Shown piece after piece: positions 25,255-33,822 of a stretch of DNA of 33,822 nucleotides. Each line of letters starts with the position of its first letter. Within the stretch, counting starts at the first letter, position 1. A program made the translations under genes and the position numbers. A model generated the notes under the pieces. The model saw nothing but the letters and a program-made list of their open reading frames with translations, made no database searches and was not told where the DNA came from. The stretch comes from a virus (Duplodnaviria; Caudoviricetes): IMG/VR virus record IMGVR_UViG_3300033067_001398, positions 1-33,822 of that record, one strand, 5' to 3'.

Positions 25255-26076
25255 TTAAGCGGCTGAAACCGCGACATCCGGTGTTGGGTATTGCTGGCTG
25301 AAATCCGGTCGATAGGCGATGAATGTGTTCCGCTCGCCGTGAGATCCACGCCAGCGAATCATCGCGTCCAATGCGTTCCAACTCCAAAGCTGGGTGCCGT
25401 TCTTTTGCCACTGGCCCCAGGAATTGTGATTGATTGCCATTCCGTTAACCGGGTCGATTCCCCAAAGAAATGTACTGTGACCACCCGAACGAGCTGGCCC
25501 GTAGTAGGTATCAACGACTGGCTTGTTCATATCGCTGTCAGCCCAAGTGATTCCAGTTTGAACCGGCCAACCTGACTCCATCCATTCTTTTGCCTTGGCA
25601 ACATCGGTTATCGGTTGACTGGCAACCAGATTGAAAATCCGAGCTTGCTCGGCACCCGATGGAATGTTTCGAGAATACTGACCTGTGTATGGCCAGATTG
25701 ACTCAAGGCACAAGCCTTTTTTGGCTGCCTTATTGCCACCGGAAAGCGTCGAGCCGACATCGCCCTCGCGTAGCAAACCGTCCTCTTGCTGGCTCCAAAT
25801 GTAGGCTCCCATGGAGCTCATGCGATAGATACGCCCAGTGAGTTGGTACAAGCAGACTTCCAAGCAAGATGCCAACGCAAAACCCTGGCAAGCTCCAACG
25901 CTTCCCTGGTTTCGGATCTTAAAAACGTCCAGCGTGTACGATCGTGGATTGAACGGAGGGGTGCTGGACTCTTTGACGGCCCGCATCATTTGTTCAATTG
26001 GCTCTCCGTCGTCCCACAACTGTTCGTGGTTTTCGCGTTCGATCGCATAGCCAAGACGATATTCTTCACTGCTCAT
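25255..26076 (-). CDS. Papain-family (C1) cysteine peptidase
   Basis: IRNQGSVGAC (oxyanion Gln and catalytic Cys), GGH (His), NSWG (Asn); no signal peptide. Confidence 0.9.
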   Translation of the reverse strand: MSSEEYRLGYAIERENHEQLWDDGEPIEQMMRAVKESSTPPFNPRSYTLDVFKIRNQGSVGACQGFALASCLEVCLYQLTGRIYRMSSMGAYIWSQQEDGLLREGDVGSTLSGGNKAAKKGLCLESIWPYTGQYSRNIPSGAEQARIFNLVASQPITDVAKAKEWMESGWPVQTGITWADSDMNKPVVDTYYGPARSGGHSTFLWGIDPVNGMAINHNSWGQWQKNGTQLWSWNALDAMIRWRGSHGERNTFIAYRPDFSQQYPTPDVAVSAA

Positions 26077-26825
26077 TTCTTTGCCTCGACTGCTTTAGCC
26101 ACTTCGTTGAACGCCGCAAACCAATCGTCGGACGTATAGCCCCGCGGTTTGGCTTTTTGTGATGCCATCCACGGTTCGACCATGCCAGCCCGCCAAGTTT
26201 TCCAAGCTGCCGCAGATGGAAGCTTGTCCATTTCCACGCGGATCCAAACCAAGACGTTTTTATCGTCGCGGCTTGTCCCGTCGTCGGCGGCGATGTACTT
26301 CAAGTTGCCGTCGATTCCTTTTAGGAAATTAGCGGCATCCCGATAAATCTTGGCAACCGCCGCATTGTCTTTTGACGGTGCAAGATCAAACGCCTTTTTG
26401 CCAAGCCCATAGGTATCATCCACAACCGGAGCGGGCGGCGGCGGTTGAACGTCGTCATCGTCGGGAGGCACAACCGGATCAACGCTGTCACCACCGCCGC
26501 CTATATCGATCCGCGTTTTTCGGAGCGGCGATAACTTGCCGTCTTTAACGGCCGCAACAACGATCCAGCATGTTTGCTTTTTGTAACCGATGATCCGGAG
26601 TTTTACCGCGGTGCCTGGGTCGTATTCTCGGAAAACGTCAGCATCGCCGATTAGCGTCCACTCGACGCTATCTCCGTCGTTCTGAATGTCGATCGCTGCC
26701 AACCGGCCGGCGTCAACTTTGACGGAATCCGGCATTGTCACCGATTGACCCAATGAAATCAGGGGCAGCGCAACGAATAAATAGGCTGCGTTTAAAATCC
26801 ATCTCGAAGTTGTCAACCGTTTCAC
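26073..26825 (-). CDS. Secreted/membrane-anchored protein with Pro/Asp linker
   Basis: Likely GTG start (VKRLTT...) with signal-like hydrophobic stretch, beta domain, DPVVPPDDDDVQPPPP linker, helical domain; ATGA overlap with the protease. Confidence 0.65.
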   Translation of the reverse strand: MKRLTTSRWILNAAYLFVALPLISLGQSVTMPDSVKVDAGRLAAIDIQNDGDSVEWTLIGDADVFREYDPGTAVKLRIIGYKKQTCWIVVAAVKDGKLSPLRKTRIDIGGGGDSVDPVVPPDDDDVQPPPPAPVVDDTYGLGKKAFDLAPSKDNAAVAKIYRDAANFLKGIDGNLKYIAADDGTSRDDKNVLVWIRVEMDKLPSAAAWKTWRAGMVEPWMASQKAKPRGYTSDDWFAAFNEVAKAVEAKK

Positions 26826-26860
26826 TGCCTGCCCCCGATATCCCTGAATTTTGAGTTTGA

Positions 26861-27151
26861 TTACCCGAACATTGAAATAATGACGGAAATAATCTTGATC
26901 CAAGCTTCTGGGTTTTCCATAAAGCTTTTTATCAACGCGGAAATAATATCCGCAAAGGCCCCTCGCGTTTTCTTGGATTGCTGACTGATACATTCGTCGA
27001 CGAACGCATCAAACATTTCGTCGTCATCTAAAACGCGAGTTGCTTCCTCGGTTGCTTGCTTTTGAAGAAACTTTTTTGCGTGTCGCTTGGCGCGACGTAG
27101 TTCGATGTCAAACAATCCAAGGTCGAATCGACCACCAAAAACGATTGTCAT
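26861..27151 (-). CDS. Small protein with C-terminal amphipathic/hydrophobic helix
   Basis: IISALIKSFMENPEAWIKIISVIISMFG; ATGA overlap with the holin. Confidence 0.7.
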   Translation of the reverse strand: MTIVFGGRFDLGLFDIELRRAKRHAKKFLQKQATEEATRVLDDDEMFDAFVDECISQQSKKTRGAFADIISALIKSFMENPEAWIKIISVIISMFG

Positions 27152-27375
27152 TGCCTTTTCAAAACCCTTTCCCCGTTAACCGTTACCGGTTCGGTTGTTA
27201 AAAAACGCAAGATCATATTCAGCACCGAAACGATACTGACGATGCCTGTCACAACCTGCGGGTATTCCTTGACGAAATCGAGCCCGAGAATGGCAGTCAA
27301 CACCGCAACAAGCAGCGTCAACAAGTTCAGCCAAAACGTTTTCGATTTCCAAAATGCTTTCGTATCAATCCACAT
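27148..27375 (-). CDS. Holin-like two-TM protein
   Basis: K.FWKSKTFWLN motif, two TM segments, LRF.T..PV end. Confidence 0.7.
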   Translation of the reverse strand: MWIDTKAFWKSKTFWLNLLTLLVAVLTAILGLDFVKEYPQVVTGIVSIVSVLNMILRFLTTEPVTVNGERVLKRQ

Positions 27376-27439
27376 AGATTTGCCCAGTGTGAAGCCAAAA
27401 CCGCTTTACGCGGAGATAACCGATCACCGCCTTTCTTGG

Positions 27440-29200
27440 TTAAACCGAAACTGATTCTTGTTGCGTCGTCGTCCAAAGAACCGAATTCAAATGCGACATC
27501 TTTTCATCGCGTTTTGATTTTGGATCTTTTTCTTCGTCTGGCGATTGTTCTGGGAGCCCGTTCGCTTTCCTTTGCTCCATCCGATACTTTTCCAAAGCGA
27601 TTTCGGTATCAATTTGCCGAATCGATTCTTCGTACTTTTGTTCGTCCTGAGCTTCCCAATCGTCGCCGCGCTCTTCGTGGAAATCCTGATCGGTCAAAAG
27701 ACCTGATTGTTTTCCAAGCGTGAACGCCTTGATTTCTTTTTCGCTGTCGATAAGTCCCATCTGTTTGCAGTAATACTTGTGCCGCGAATACAAGTACGGG
27801 TTTTCCATGTAAACTTCAATTGGCAATGCCCCGTACAGTTCATTGGCAAACACGATGGTATTTACAACTCGCTTGTAAAGCGGCCGCAACCCCATATCGA
27901 TCAAAATATTTCTGTGCATCGTGAACGACATTTGGCCATCTAAGACAGCAAGACGACCAGAGGAAAATGTTGTTCGGAAAAAATTCTTTGCGATCAGCTC
28001 ATACGGGGTCTGGGTCGCCGCAGCGATTTGCCGCATTGAACCCTCAAGAAACGGCGCGAAGTTGTTGCCAGGCCGCGACGGATCAACAACGTCGATTGAA
28101 TCTTCCGCTTTGATTCGTTGCGTCCAGCCGGGAGTAAACTTTTCAATCAGTTCATCGTTAACAGTTTCTTCCGCTGCCGCTTCGGCCATATCGTAAAGAG
28201 ATTCGGCATCGTCAGATTTGCCAATTTTAAACACAACGCCAAAGCAAGCCTCGACTTGCTTCGTTACGATTTCAGCTTCGTGATAATCGTCGTAATCCAA
28301 AATCTTGTTCATTGCCGAAAGCAAGAAAACCAACCCACGCGATTGCCCGGCAAACAACGGGTCAAAAATATGTTCCATCCGGATGTTTCCAGCGGAATCA
28401 AATCGCGTGTAATATTTGTAGGTTTCGCTGTGATCGGCGTTGACGTTTGTATCGGTTGGGTGGGTGTCTCGAACATAATATCCCGCTACCTCGCCGTGGC
28501 GGCCATAGCGAATACCAAGCCGAACATTTTCATCGCTAATGAGATCCGGTGGAGTTGCAACCCGACGCGGAGAAATGATTTCAATTGCAGTGCTGAGAGG
28601 CCCAGCAAATGAACCAGTGCCATCGTATGGAACATCGCCGACTAGGACAAAGCATTCGCCCTCGTTTCGATACTCGCGGCACATTAAGCGTTGAACGGCC
28701 GCAAACGACAATTGGCGATGCTTGTCGACACCGTTTTCGCTCCAATTTACGATCAGCTCTTTGAGTTCGTCGTTGATTCGTTTGGCGCGCTCTTTTGTCA
28801 ACCAAGTACCCTCAACGCTTTTGACCATAGGTTTGAGCGTTAGGCCGGATCCAATCTCGTAAGTAACTCGGGTTTCGATAACACTTCGAGCAATACCGTT
28901 TTCGCCATAGAGGCCAACGGCTCGAGTCTGAACGTCTGTCAGGGTTTCATCGATCAGAGAATTGATTTCAAGATCGTTTGTGATGTAGCGGCCGTCCCTC
29001 GCTTCATTGGGATCAGTCTGCTTAAACGATCGACGACGGCTAAGCGTTTGACGGCTGGGGCGGCCAGCTTCAATTTTGTCGGCAACCTTTTCAAGCATGT
29101 TTTTCGCGCGACGAACCGCCATGCGCTGGAGGCCAGCTTTTGGATTCATCGCATAAACGATGCCATCAAGAGCGTTTCCGATTGCGTTTAGCAAACCCAT
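27440..29200 (-). CDS. Portal protein, lambda family
   Basis: GECF, GI.Y...G....Y, H.FDP..AGQSRG, PYE.I..NF..T.FSSGR, IDSEKE motifs. Confidence 0.9.
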   Translation of the reverse strand: MGLLNAIGNALDGIVYAMNPKAGLQRMAVRRAKNMLEKVADKIEAGRPSRQTLSRRRSFKQTDPNEARDGRYITNDLEINSLIDETLTDVQTRAVGLYGENGIARSVIETRVTYEIGSGLTLKPMVKSVEGTWLTKERAKRINDELKELIVNWSENGVDKHRQLSFAAVQRLMCREYRNEGECFVLVGDVPYDGTGSFAGPLSTAIEIISPRRVATPPDLISDENVRLGIRYGRHGEVAGYYVRDTHPTDTNVNADHSETYKYYTRFDSAGNIRMEHIFDPLFAGQSRGLVFLLSAMNKILDYDDYHEAEIVTKQVEACFGVVFKIGKSDDAESLYDMAEAAAEETVNDELIEKFTPGWTQRIKAEDSIDVVDPSRPGNNFAPFLEGSMRQIAAATQTPYELIAKNFFRTTFSSGRLAVLDGQMSFTMHRNILIDMGLRPLYKRVVNTIVFANELYGALPIEVYMENPYLYSRHKYYCKQMGLIDSEKEIKAFTLGKQSGLLTDQDFHEERGDDWEAQDEQKYEESIRQIDTEIALEKYRMEQRKANGLPEQSPDEEKDPKSKRDEKMSHLNSVLWTTTQQESVSV

Positions 29201-29219
29201 TGCCTGCCTGCCTCGACTG

Positions 29220-29459
29220 CTAGTTGTGCTTTAGCCTTGTCCGGCTTCGCGTTGGAGTTCCAAGAGAACGTCCGTTTTGCTGATTTCGGTACATTGCAAT
29301 CAGTTTGCGGATATCCATTAGCGTTTTTGGCAGATCTCGGAACCGAACACGACGGCCGCGAATTTCAAATTCTTCGGTCGCTGCATTGGTTGCCATCGCT
29401 TCGAGAACCTTTGTCTCGGCGATTTCGAGTTGAGCGATTTGTGCTGAATTGTCTGCCAT
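29220..29459 (-). CDS. Head-to-tail joining protein, gpW-like
   Basis: 79 aa helix-hairpin-helix, EFEIRGRRV.F.DL; between TerL and portal. Confidence 0.75.
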   Translation of the reverse strand: MADNSAQIAQLEIAETKVLEAMATNAATEEFEIRGRRVRFRDLPKTLMDIRKLIAMYRNQQNGRSLGTPTRSRTRLKHN

Positions 29460-29526
29460 AGCACTAGCAATCGTGCCTTGTCAGCAAAAAAACGCAATAT
29501 CCACATGGCTAATATTGGCAACTCGT

Positions 29527-29757
29527 TTAGTCGCCGTCTGTTTTTGCTTGGGTTTTTGTGGTTGAAAAAATTCGATTTGATTGCCTTGCCGGCGCAAATT
29601 GCAACGGTATCGATATCACCGCCTTGCCGTCTGGCTTATCGCCGCATCGGTTGCAACGCTGGAAACGATACCGCGTTTGTGAGACTGCATCGACGATTGT
29701 TTTGTACGTGTGTAGCCGTCCGGAACATCCTTTAACGACGCATCGTTCACCAGCCAT
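29527..29757 (-). CDS. Zn-ribbon protein (Ogr/Delta- or NrdR-N-like), putative late regulator
   Basis: C-x4-C...T...RYR..RCNRCG. Confidence 0.6.
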   Translation of the reverse strand: MAGERCVVKGCSGRLHTYKTIVDAVSQTRYRFQRCNRCGDKPDGKAVISIPLQFAPARQSNRIFSTTKTQAKTDGD

Positions 29758-29767
29758 TGAAATACTC

Positions 29768-31771
29768 CTATCGTTGTAAAAATCGGCTTTTCACTGGCCG
29801 AATAAAATTTTGCGTTTCCTTAATTGCCGTCGCGGTTGCGGTCGATTGCTGCTTCTTGTTCGACGACTGTTTTTGTCGCTTAACTTCTGTCTCGATTTTT
29901 CGTTTTGGTTGGTATGCAAGCGTTCTCGCTGGTCTAGCTTTAGCCACGCGAACCCATGCGCCACGCGTGTACACTTCTGCAGCGCACCGAGCGTACCGCA
30001 ACGCGTCTCGAAAGTCCCAGGGAACCGTTTCGTCGACAACAACCCATTTAGTATCGATATGCCCGGTGTCTTTTGATCTTTCCTCCGGCTGTTCGTTCAC
30101 AAGTTGCCGTAGAAAATCTTCGTCAGTCTTTGCCTCGATCGGAAGCGCAATCGATTTATCTTCGCCAGGCTTTCGGTAGTGAAGTGCTTTTTGCGCCCAT
30201 GACTGCCAGTGCGGGGAATTAACTTGAACCCAAAAAAATCCACGAATCCCTTTTCGCTTTTTGTGGTTGCGTTTGCGAGAGTCAAGTTCTCCAAAATCTT
30301 TTTTCTTGTAAGGCGCACCGCCAGATATTTGACCGCTCGAGCCCTTGCATGGCCACAACCAAGGGCCTTTGTCTCGATTAAGACGTTGGCACAAATCAAT
30401 AACTTCGTCTTGGCGAATACCTTCGCCGCTATCCATCAAACCAAGATTGATTCGTAAGTAGGGGCCGCCGTCCAAGTGCTTATAGGCCGAATTGAAAACT
30501 TGTTTCACATCTTCTTCGCTGTTGGCAATTCCATAGTCAACAACCCATCCAGCGCCGCCGTGGCCCCAAGCGCAAACAACGTAAACCCAGTGATCTTGTT
30601 GAACGTCAATCCCAACCGTCAGGAAAATTCCAGATTCGGGAACTTGACCAATTGAGTAGTTCATCGCAAGTCGCTCGCCAACTTCGTTCCACTTACGGAC
30701 GGTTTGGCGTTTTTCGTATGTCAACCCAAACCATGAGTTTCTAACGTGTTGCCATTTCGAAGGCTTTAAAATGCAATCGGCGATCGCTCCGGCAATGTCG
30801 CCAAACGTAAACGTTGGCGCGTAAATGCGAGACAACTGGAAAGAGGCATTGTCACGCGCTCCGACAAGTTCTCCGCGAAGCTTCCCGCGTTCGTAATACA
30901 TCCCTTCCGGAACCCAAATCCCTTTTTGAATTACCCTGCGCCGCAGGTCGTCTCCCCACTCTTTCGAACACAATTGGCATTGATACCTCGCCGTTCGTTT
31001 GGCCAATGCGATACTTACCGTTCCATCTTTGTTTTTATCGAAAACGACTCCACCAACAGATTTTCCATCGCCTTCAATCAACTGGATATACTTTTTGCAC
31101 TTTGGACATTCAATTTGGAATCGAGCATTCCAACCGCTCAGCAAATGTGATTCAACTCGGCAACGTCCTGTTATTGTTGGTGTTGATTCAACTATCGATT
31201 TCCTATCTGGAATCTCGATACCGCGTTCGAGAAAAAGATCAAGCGAATCCGCTTCGTTTGTTTTGTCAAAAGAGTATTTTGATACTTCGCCAGCGTGTTT
31301 GTATTTTGGAGCCTTGTCGGCAAGTTGCGTTGCGGATCCAGCCCAGGCACCGTAAATGATTGCTGTTGCAAGGTCAATTCGAAGTTGGTTTCTGTCTGCT
31401 TGTGGCGGTGCAAGGTCTTGCGTGTCCGGACACCGATCAAACATCGGGTAATATTTGTCACGAATCATATCGCGGCAAAGAGTTTCGGTAGGCATACAAA
31501 TCATGCCTTGAGCTGGGTCGTACTCGATAGCTGATACCATCAAAGCATTGGCAAGAAATGTTTTTCCAAGACGCGCCGCAAACTGCATCGTTATTTGGCG
31601 AACTTCTGGATCGTCCCAGGCATCGCATATTCCACGAGTCCACGGGTAATCGTGCGGGTTGAATGCTTTTCCGTTAGGCGCGCGAATGCGCGTACTAATC
31701 CATTCAAACGTATTGCGAGCCCTCCGAGGACGGACGGCATCAATCGTTTTCGGGTTCAGTATCCAAGGCAT
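29768..31771 (-). CDS. terL: Terminase large subunit, lambda GpA family
   Basis: AARLGKT Walker A, ESTPT, CPKC...YQCQLC, LTVGIDVQ, MDSG, KG, WD.RD...YA. Confidence 0.93.
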   Translation of the reverse strand: MPWILNPKTIDAVRPRRARNTFEWISTRIRAPNGKAFNPHDYPWTRGICDAWDDPEVRQITMQFAARLGKTFLANALMVSAIEYDPAQGMICMPTETLCRDMIRDKYYPMFDRCPDTQDLAPPQADRNQLRIDLATAIIYGAWAGSATQLADKAPKYKHAGEVSKYSFDKTNEADSLDLFLERGIEIPDRKSIVESTPTITGRCRVESHLLSGWNARFQIECPKCKKYIQLIEGDGKSVGGVVFDKNKDGTVSIALAKRTARYQCQLCSKEWGDDLRRRVIQKGIWVPEGMYYERGKLRGELVGARDNASFQLSRIYAPTFTFGDIAGAIADCILKPSKWQHVRNSWFGLTYEKRQTVRKWNEVGERLAMNYSIGQVPESGIFLTVGIDVQQDHWVYVVCAWGHGGAGWVVDYGIANSEEDVKQVFNSAYKHLDGGPYLRINLGLMDSGEGIRQDEVIDLCQRLNRDKGPWLWPCKGSSGQISGGAPYKKKDFGELDSRKRNHKKRKGIRGFFWVQVNSPHWQSWAQKALHYRKPGEDKSIALPIEAKTDEDFLRQLVNEQPEERSKDTGHIDTKWVVVDETVPWDFRDALRYARCAAEVYTRGAWVRVAKARPARTLAYQPKRKIETEVKRQKQSSNKKQQSTATATAIKETQNFIRPVKSRFLQR

Positions 31772-32321
31772 TCATAACCTTCCGTGTTCGATTAAAGCGT
31801 TCTACAAAATCGCCCATCTGATTTAGCAACAAGTTCAATCGTTGACTAAGATCCTTCTGTAGATCAACTCTAATTGATGCCGGGTATGCCGCGCACATAT
31901 CGACCGGGATCGCCGTCGTGTTTTTTCGAAGCTCAATAAAGAACTCGGAAAATAACTGATTGACTTCCACTGCCGATACAAACCGAGGGTCAATCAACTT
32001 GACCTTGATTTCGTGTTGATCGGCAAGCGCGGTTTCCTTTCGTGCCTTTGCCCGTTCCGTTTTTAACTGCAACTCTGCAATCTCGTTCCCAGATCCCGTC
32101 GATGACTCTGATTTCAACTTTCGCTTCATCGCTCCTGGGCGAGACTGCAACCAGTGGTCAATTTCGCTCTTTCGGAAATTTGGTTTAACCCCTGGCATTG
32201 GGTTGGCTTCGTTAGTCCAATCGTTAACACACTTTCGCGTGACGCCGTAGTGCCTGGCTACGTCGATTAGCGTCGGGAAAACTATTTCGTCTGGATCTTC
32301 TGGTTTAAGTTTTCGCGACAT
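31740..32321 (-). CDS. terS: Terminase small subunit, Nu1-like
   Basis: N-terminal wHTH (VARHYGVTRKCVNDW...GMP-like), coiled coil, IP..... C-terminal domain; overlaps terL. Confidence 0.8.
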   Translation of the reverse strand: MSRKLKPEDPDEIVFPTLIDVARHYGVTRKCVNDWTNEANPMPGVKPNFRKSEIDHWLQSRPGAMKRKLKSESSTGSGNEIAELQLKTERAKARKETALADQHEIKVKLIDPRFVSAVEVNQLFSEFFIELRKNTTAIPVDMCAAYPASIRVDLQKDLSQRLNLLLNQMGDFVERFNRTRKVMNALDTEPEND

Positions 32322-33189
32322 GGCGGCCAGCTTTCAAACGTGAATCGATTTCCGCTTCAATTTCAATCTCGCTTGCATTCGCCCACAAACCGGATTTTTT
32401 CCATTCCGAGGCAATGTCGCATCGAATTGAATCACGAACCTTGCGTCGTTGTTCGTCTTGGCGCTGCTTTGCTCCGAGTTTGGCTTCGATTGCCGGTTTT
32501 ACTCCCTCAGCAGGCCAAGAACCATTTTCAAGGAAGTAAACCACCGAATTCGGGCTTTTGAGCTTGTCGCCGTTCGCGAGGTAATCGGCGATCGCGGTTT
32601 GGATTTCTGAAACCGGCCGATCAGCAAACAACTGGGAAGCCCTCTTGGCAGTTGAAAGCCCGATCCCCCGAAACAATTTTTCGATTTCCGCCACCGCCGC
32701 CAACGGAGGGGTAGGGGGTGGTGGTGGAACTGAATCTGTAATTGAATCTAATACTGAGACTGAGACTGAGACTGAAGGGTTATTTTTGGCTTTTGTTTGG
32801 GTTTCTGTCTGGGTTATGGTTTGGGTTTCGTCTGGGTTATGTTTTGGGTTATAAGTGGGTTCTGTTTGGGTTTTTGGTCGACCTCCTTTTTCTCCGTTTT
32901 TTCGCTGCCGAGCGTTGAATTGTTGCTGTTTTTCCCGCTCATGTTCGAGCCTGGCATTGTAGAAAATACCGTTGTTGTCAACGAATTTGGCTTTTAGCAC
33001 GGCGCGAACATCCGATTCAGGTATGCCACGGCAAATCATTATTGCCGTTTCAAGGTCAAACGGGCCGTCTAACCACTGATTTGCGAGCAAATCGATATAT
33101 GCCGCCCGCTGAACTGGCGGAAGCCTAATTGTCCCGCCAACCCAAGAATCCGGGTAGAAGCTAAATGCAGGCGATTTTCGAGTTTTCAT
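32305..33189 (-). CDS. Replication initiator / replisome organiser, YdaU (DUF1376)-like
   Basis: SPAFSFYPDSW..GT..L....RAAYIDLL..QW, NARL..E, NG.KGGRP, low-complexity linker, helical C-terminal domain. Confidence 0.8.
   Translation of the reverse strand: MKTRKSPAFSFYPDSWVGGTIRLPPVQRAAYIDLLANQWLDGPFDLETAIMICRGIPESDVRAVLKAKFVDNNGIFYNARLEHEREKQQQFNARQRKNGEKGGRPKTQTEPTYNPKHNPDETQTITQTETQTKAKNNPSVSVSVSVLDSITDSVPPPPPTPPLAAVAEIEKLFRGIGLSTAKRASQLFADRPVSEIQTAIADYLANGDKLKSPNSVVYFLENGSWPAEGVKPAIEAKLGAKQRQDEQRRKVRDSIRCDIASEWKKSGLWANASEIEIEAEIDSRLKAGRHVAKT
32753..32872. repeat. Iteron-like array inside the replication gene (putative origin)
   Basis: GGGTT at 32777, 32799, 32811, 32823, 32834, 32846, 32857 and 32868; adjacent ACTGAG x3 plus ACTGAA. 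Confidence 0.7.
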
Positions 33190-33226
33190 TTCTTCGTCTC
33201 AATCCTTTTCCGTGACGGTGGAAGTC

Positions 33227-33508
33227 CTACCAGGGAATCTCGTTGGGCTCGACCACGTGGCCAAGATCGTCGCGTTTGACGCCTTGGAGGAAATCGCGAA
33301 ACCAATCTGCTTGAGACTGGCTTGCCAATGCCGATTCATGAAAATCGATTTCGACAACCTTCAACTTGGCCGAGCCGTCGTGGTCGCGATGTTGAATATG
33401 GTAGTAGTGCAATCGCACCGCAACATAAATTGACTGTTCGCCGATGTATCCGAACTGCGCATCTGGAAACCACTCGACGATTCGATTGACGATATCTGCC
33501 GTTGTCAT
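33227..33508 (-). CDS. Hypothetical protein
   Basis: 93 aa, ATGA overlap. Confidence 0.65.
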   Translation of the reverse strand: MTTADIVNRIVEWFPDAQFGYIGEQSIYVAVRLHYYHIQHRDHDGSAKLKVVEIDFHESALASQSQADWFRDFLQGVKRDDLGHVVEPNEIPW

Positions 33509-33819
33509 TGTTGTGCCTTTGTTTGTTCGTCGATGATCTTTGCGATGCCATAAATATCAGCAATACTTTTAGCCAATTCCGGTGTTAATGGCGCGGTAAA
33601 TTTTATAGTCTCTGGGTGTCGCCCAACTCGAACCCAATAACTAGGCTCCAGGATCTCGCACCAATCCGTTATGTCCCTAGCATCACCGCCGAGATACCTT
33701 CGCTCCCATCGAAACTCAGACGCCTTGCCTGAATCGTATGAGCCATCACTGCGACGGACTAAGACCTGTTTGTTGTCGTCGGTTGGTTGCGATGTGCCGT
33801 TGTGTTTTTGCCAGTTCAT
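33505..33819 (-). CDS. Hypothetical phage protein (W..H.G...P....VLVR..DG......A..FRW......DI..W type)
   Basis: Motif resembles a common small phage early protein domain. Confidence 0.65.
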   Translation of the reverse strand: MNWQKHNGTSQPTDDNKQVLVRRSDGSYDSGKASEFRWERRYLGGDARDITDWCEILEPSYWVRVGRHPETIKFTAPLTPELAKSIADIYGIAKIIDEQTKAQQ

Positions 33820-33822
33820 TTA

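Noticed and set aside
1-33822. tRNA/rRNA genes, integrase, alternative genetic code
   Set aside because: No cloverleaf or recombinase motifs noticed; genes tile densely under code 11 and all three stop codons are used

Overview
Phage (or prophage) DNA, most likely a long-tailed phage of a Planctomycetota host. The host is inferred from a GACC Cys-repeat, CxGGxC and EPTxEEI motifs and the papain-protease gene context. From 33.8 kb down to 3.84 kb the minus strand carries one tightly coupled operon: YdaU/DUF1376-like replication protein with internal iterons, lambda-type TerS/TerL(GpA), Zn-ribbon regulator, gpW and lambda-type portal. An 8.3 kb block of holins, a papain-family C1 protease, secreted proteins and fibre/beta-helix proteins follows. 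Then come protease/scaffold, decoration protein, Mu gpT-like capsid, neck, tail tube, a chaperone with a -1 frameshift, tape measure, Dit/hub and a Cys-tailed tail-tip protein. Converging on it from the left (1-2.9 kb, plus strand) is a compositionally distinct module resembling a plasmid leading region. It holds DUF3560, an orphan amino-methyltransferase and small ORFs, separated by repeated GC hairpins, and I found no CCWGG sites in it. Between the two modules is about 0.9 kb of non-coding DNA with nested inverted repeats, a symmetric Frpo-like hairpin and a promoter-to-terminator small RNA candidate. Best novelty candidates: a lysis cassette built on a C1 cysteine protease with no recognisable endolysin, and the early module plus structured junction. 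All family calls are by motif recognition, not database search.
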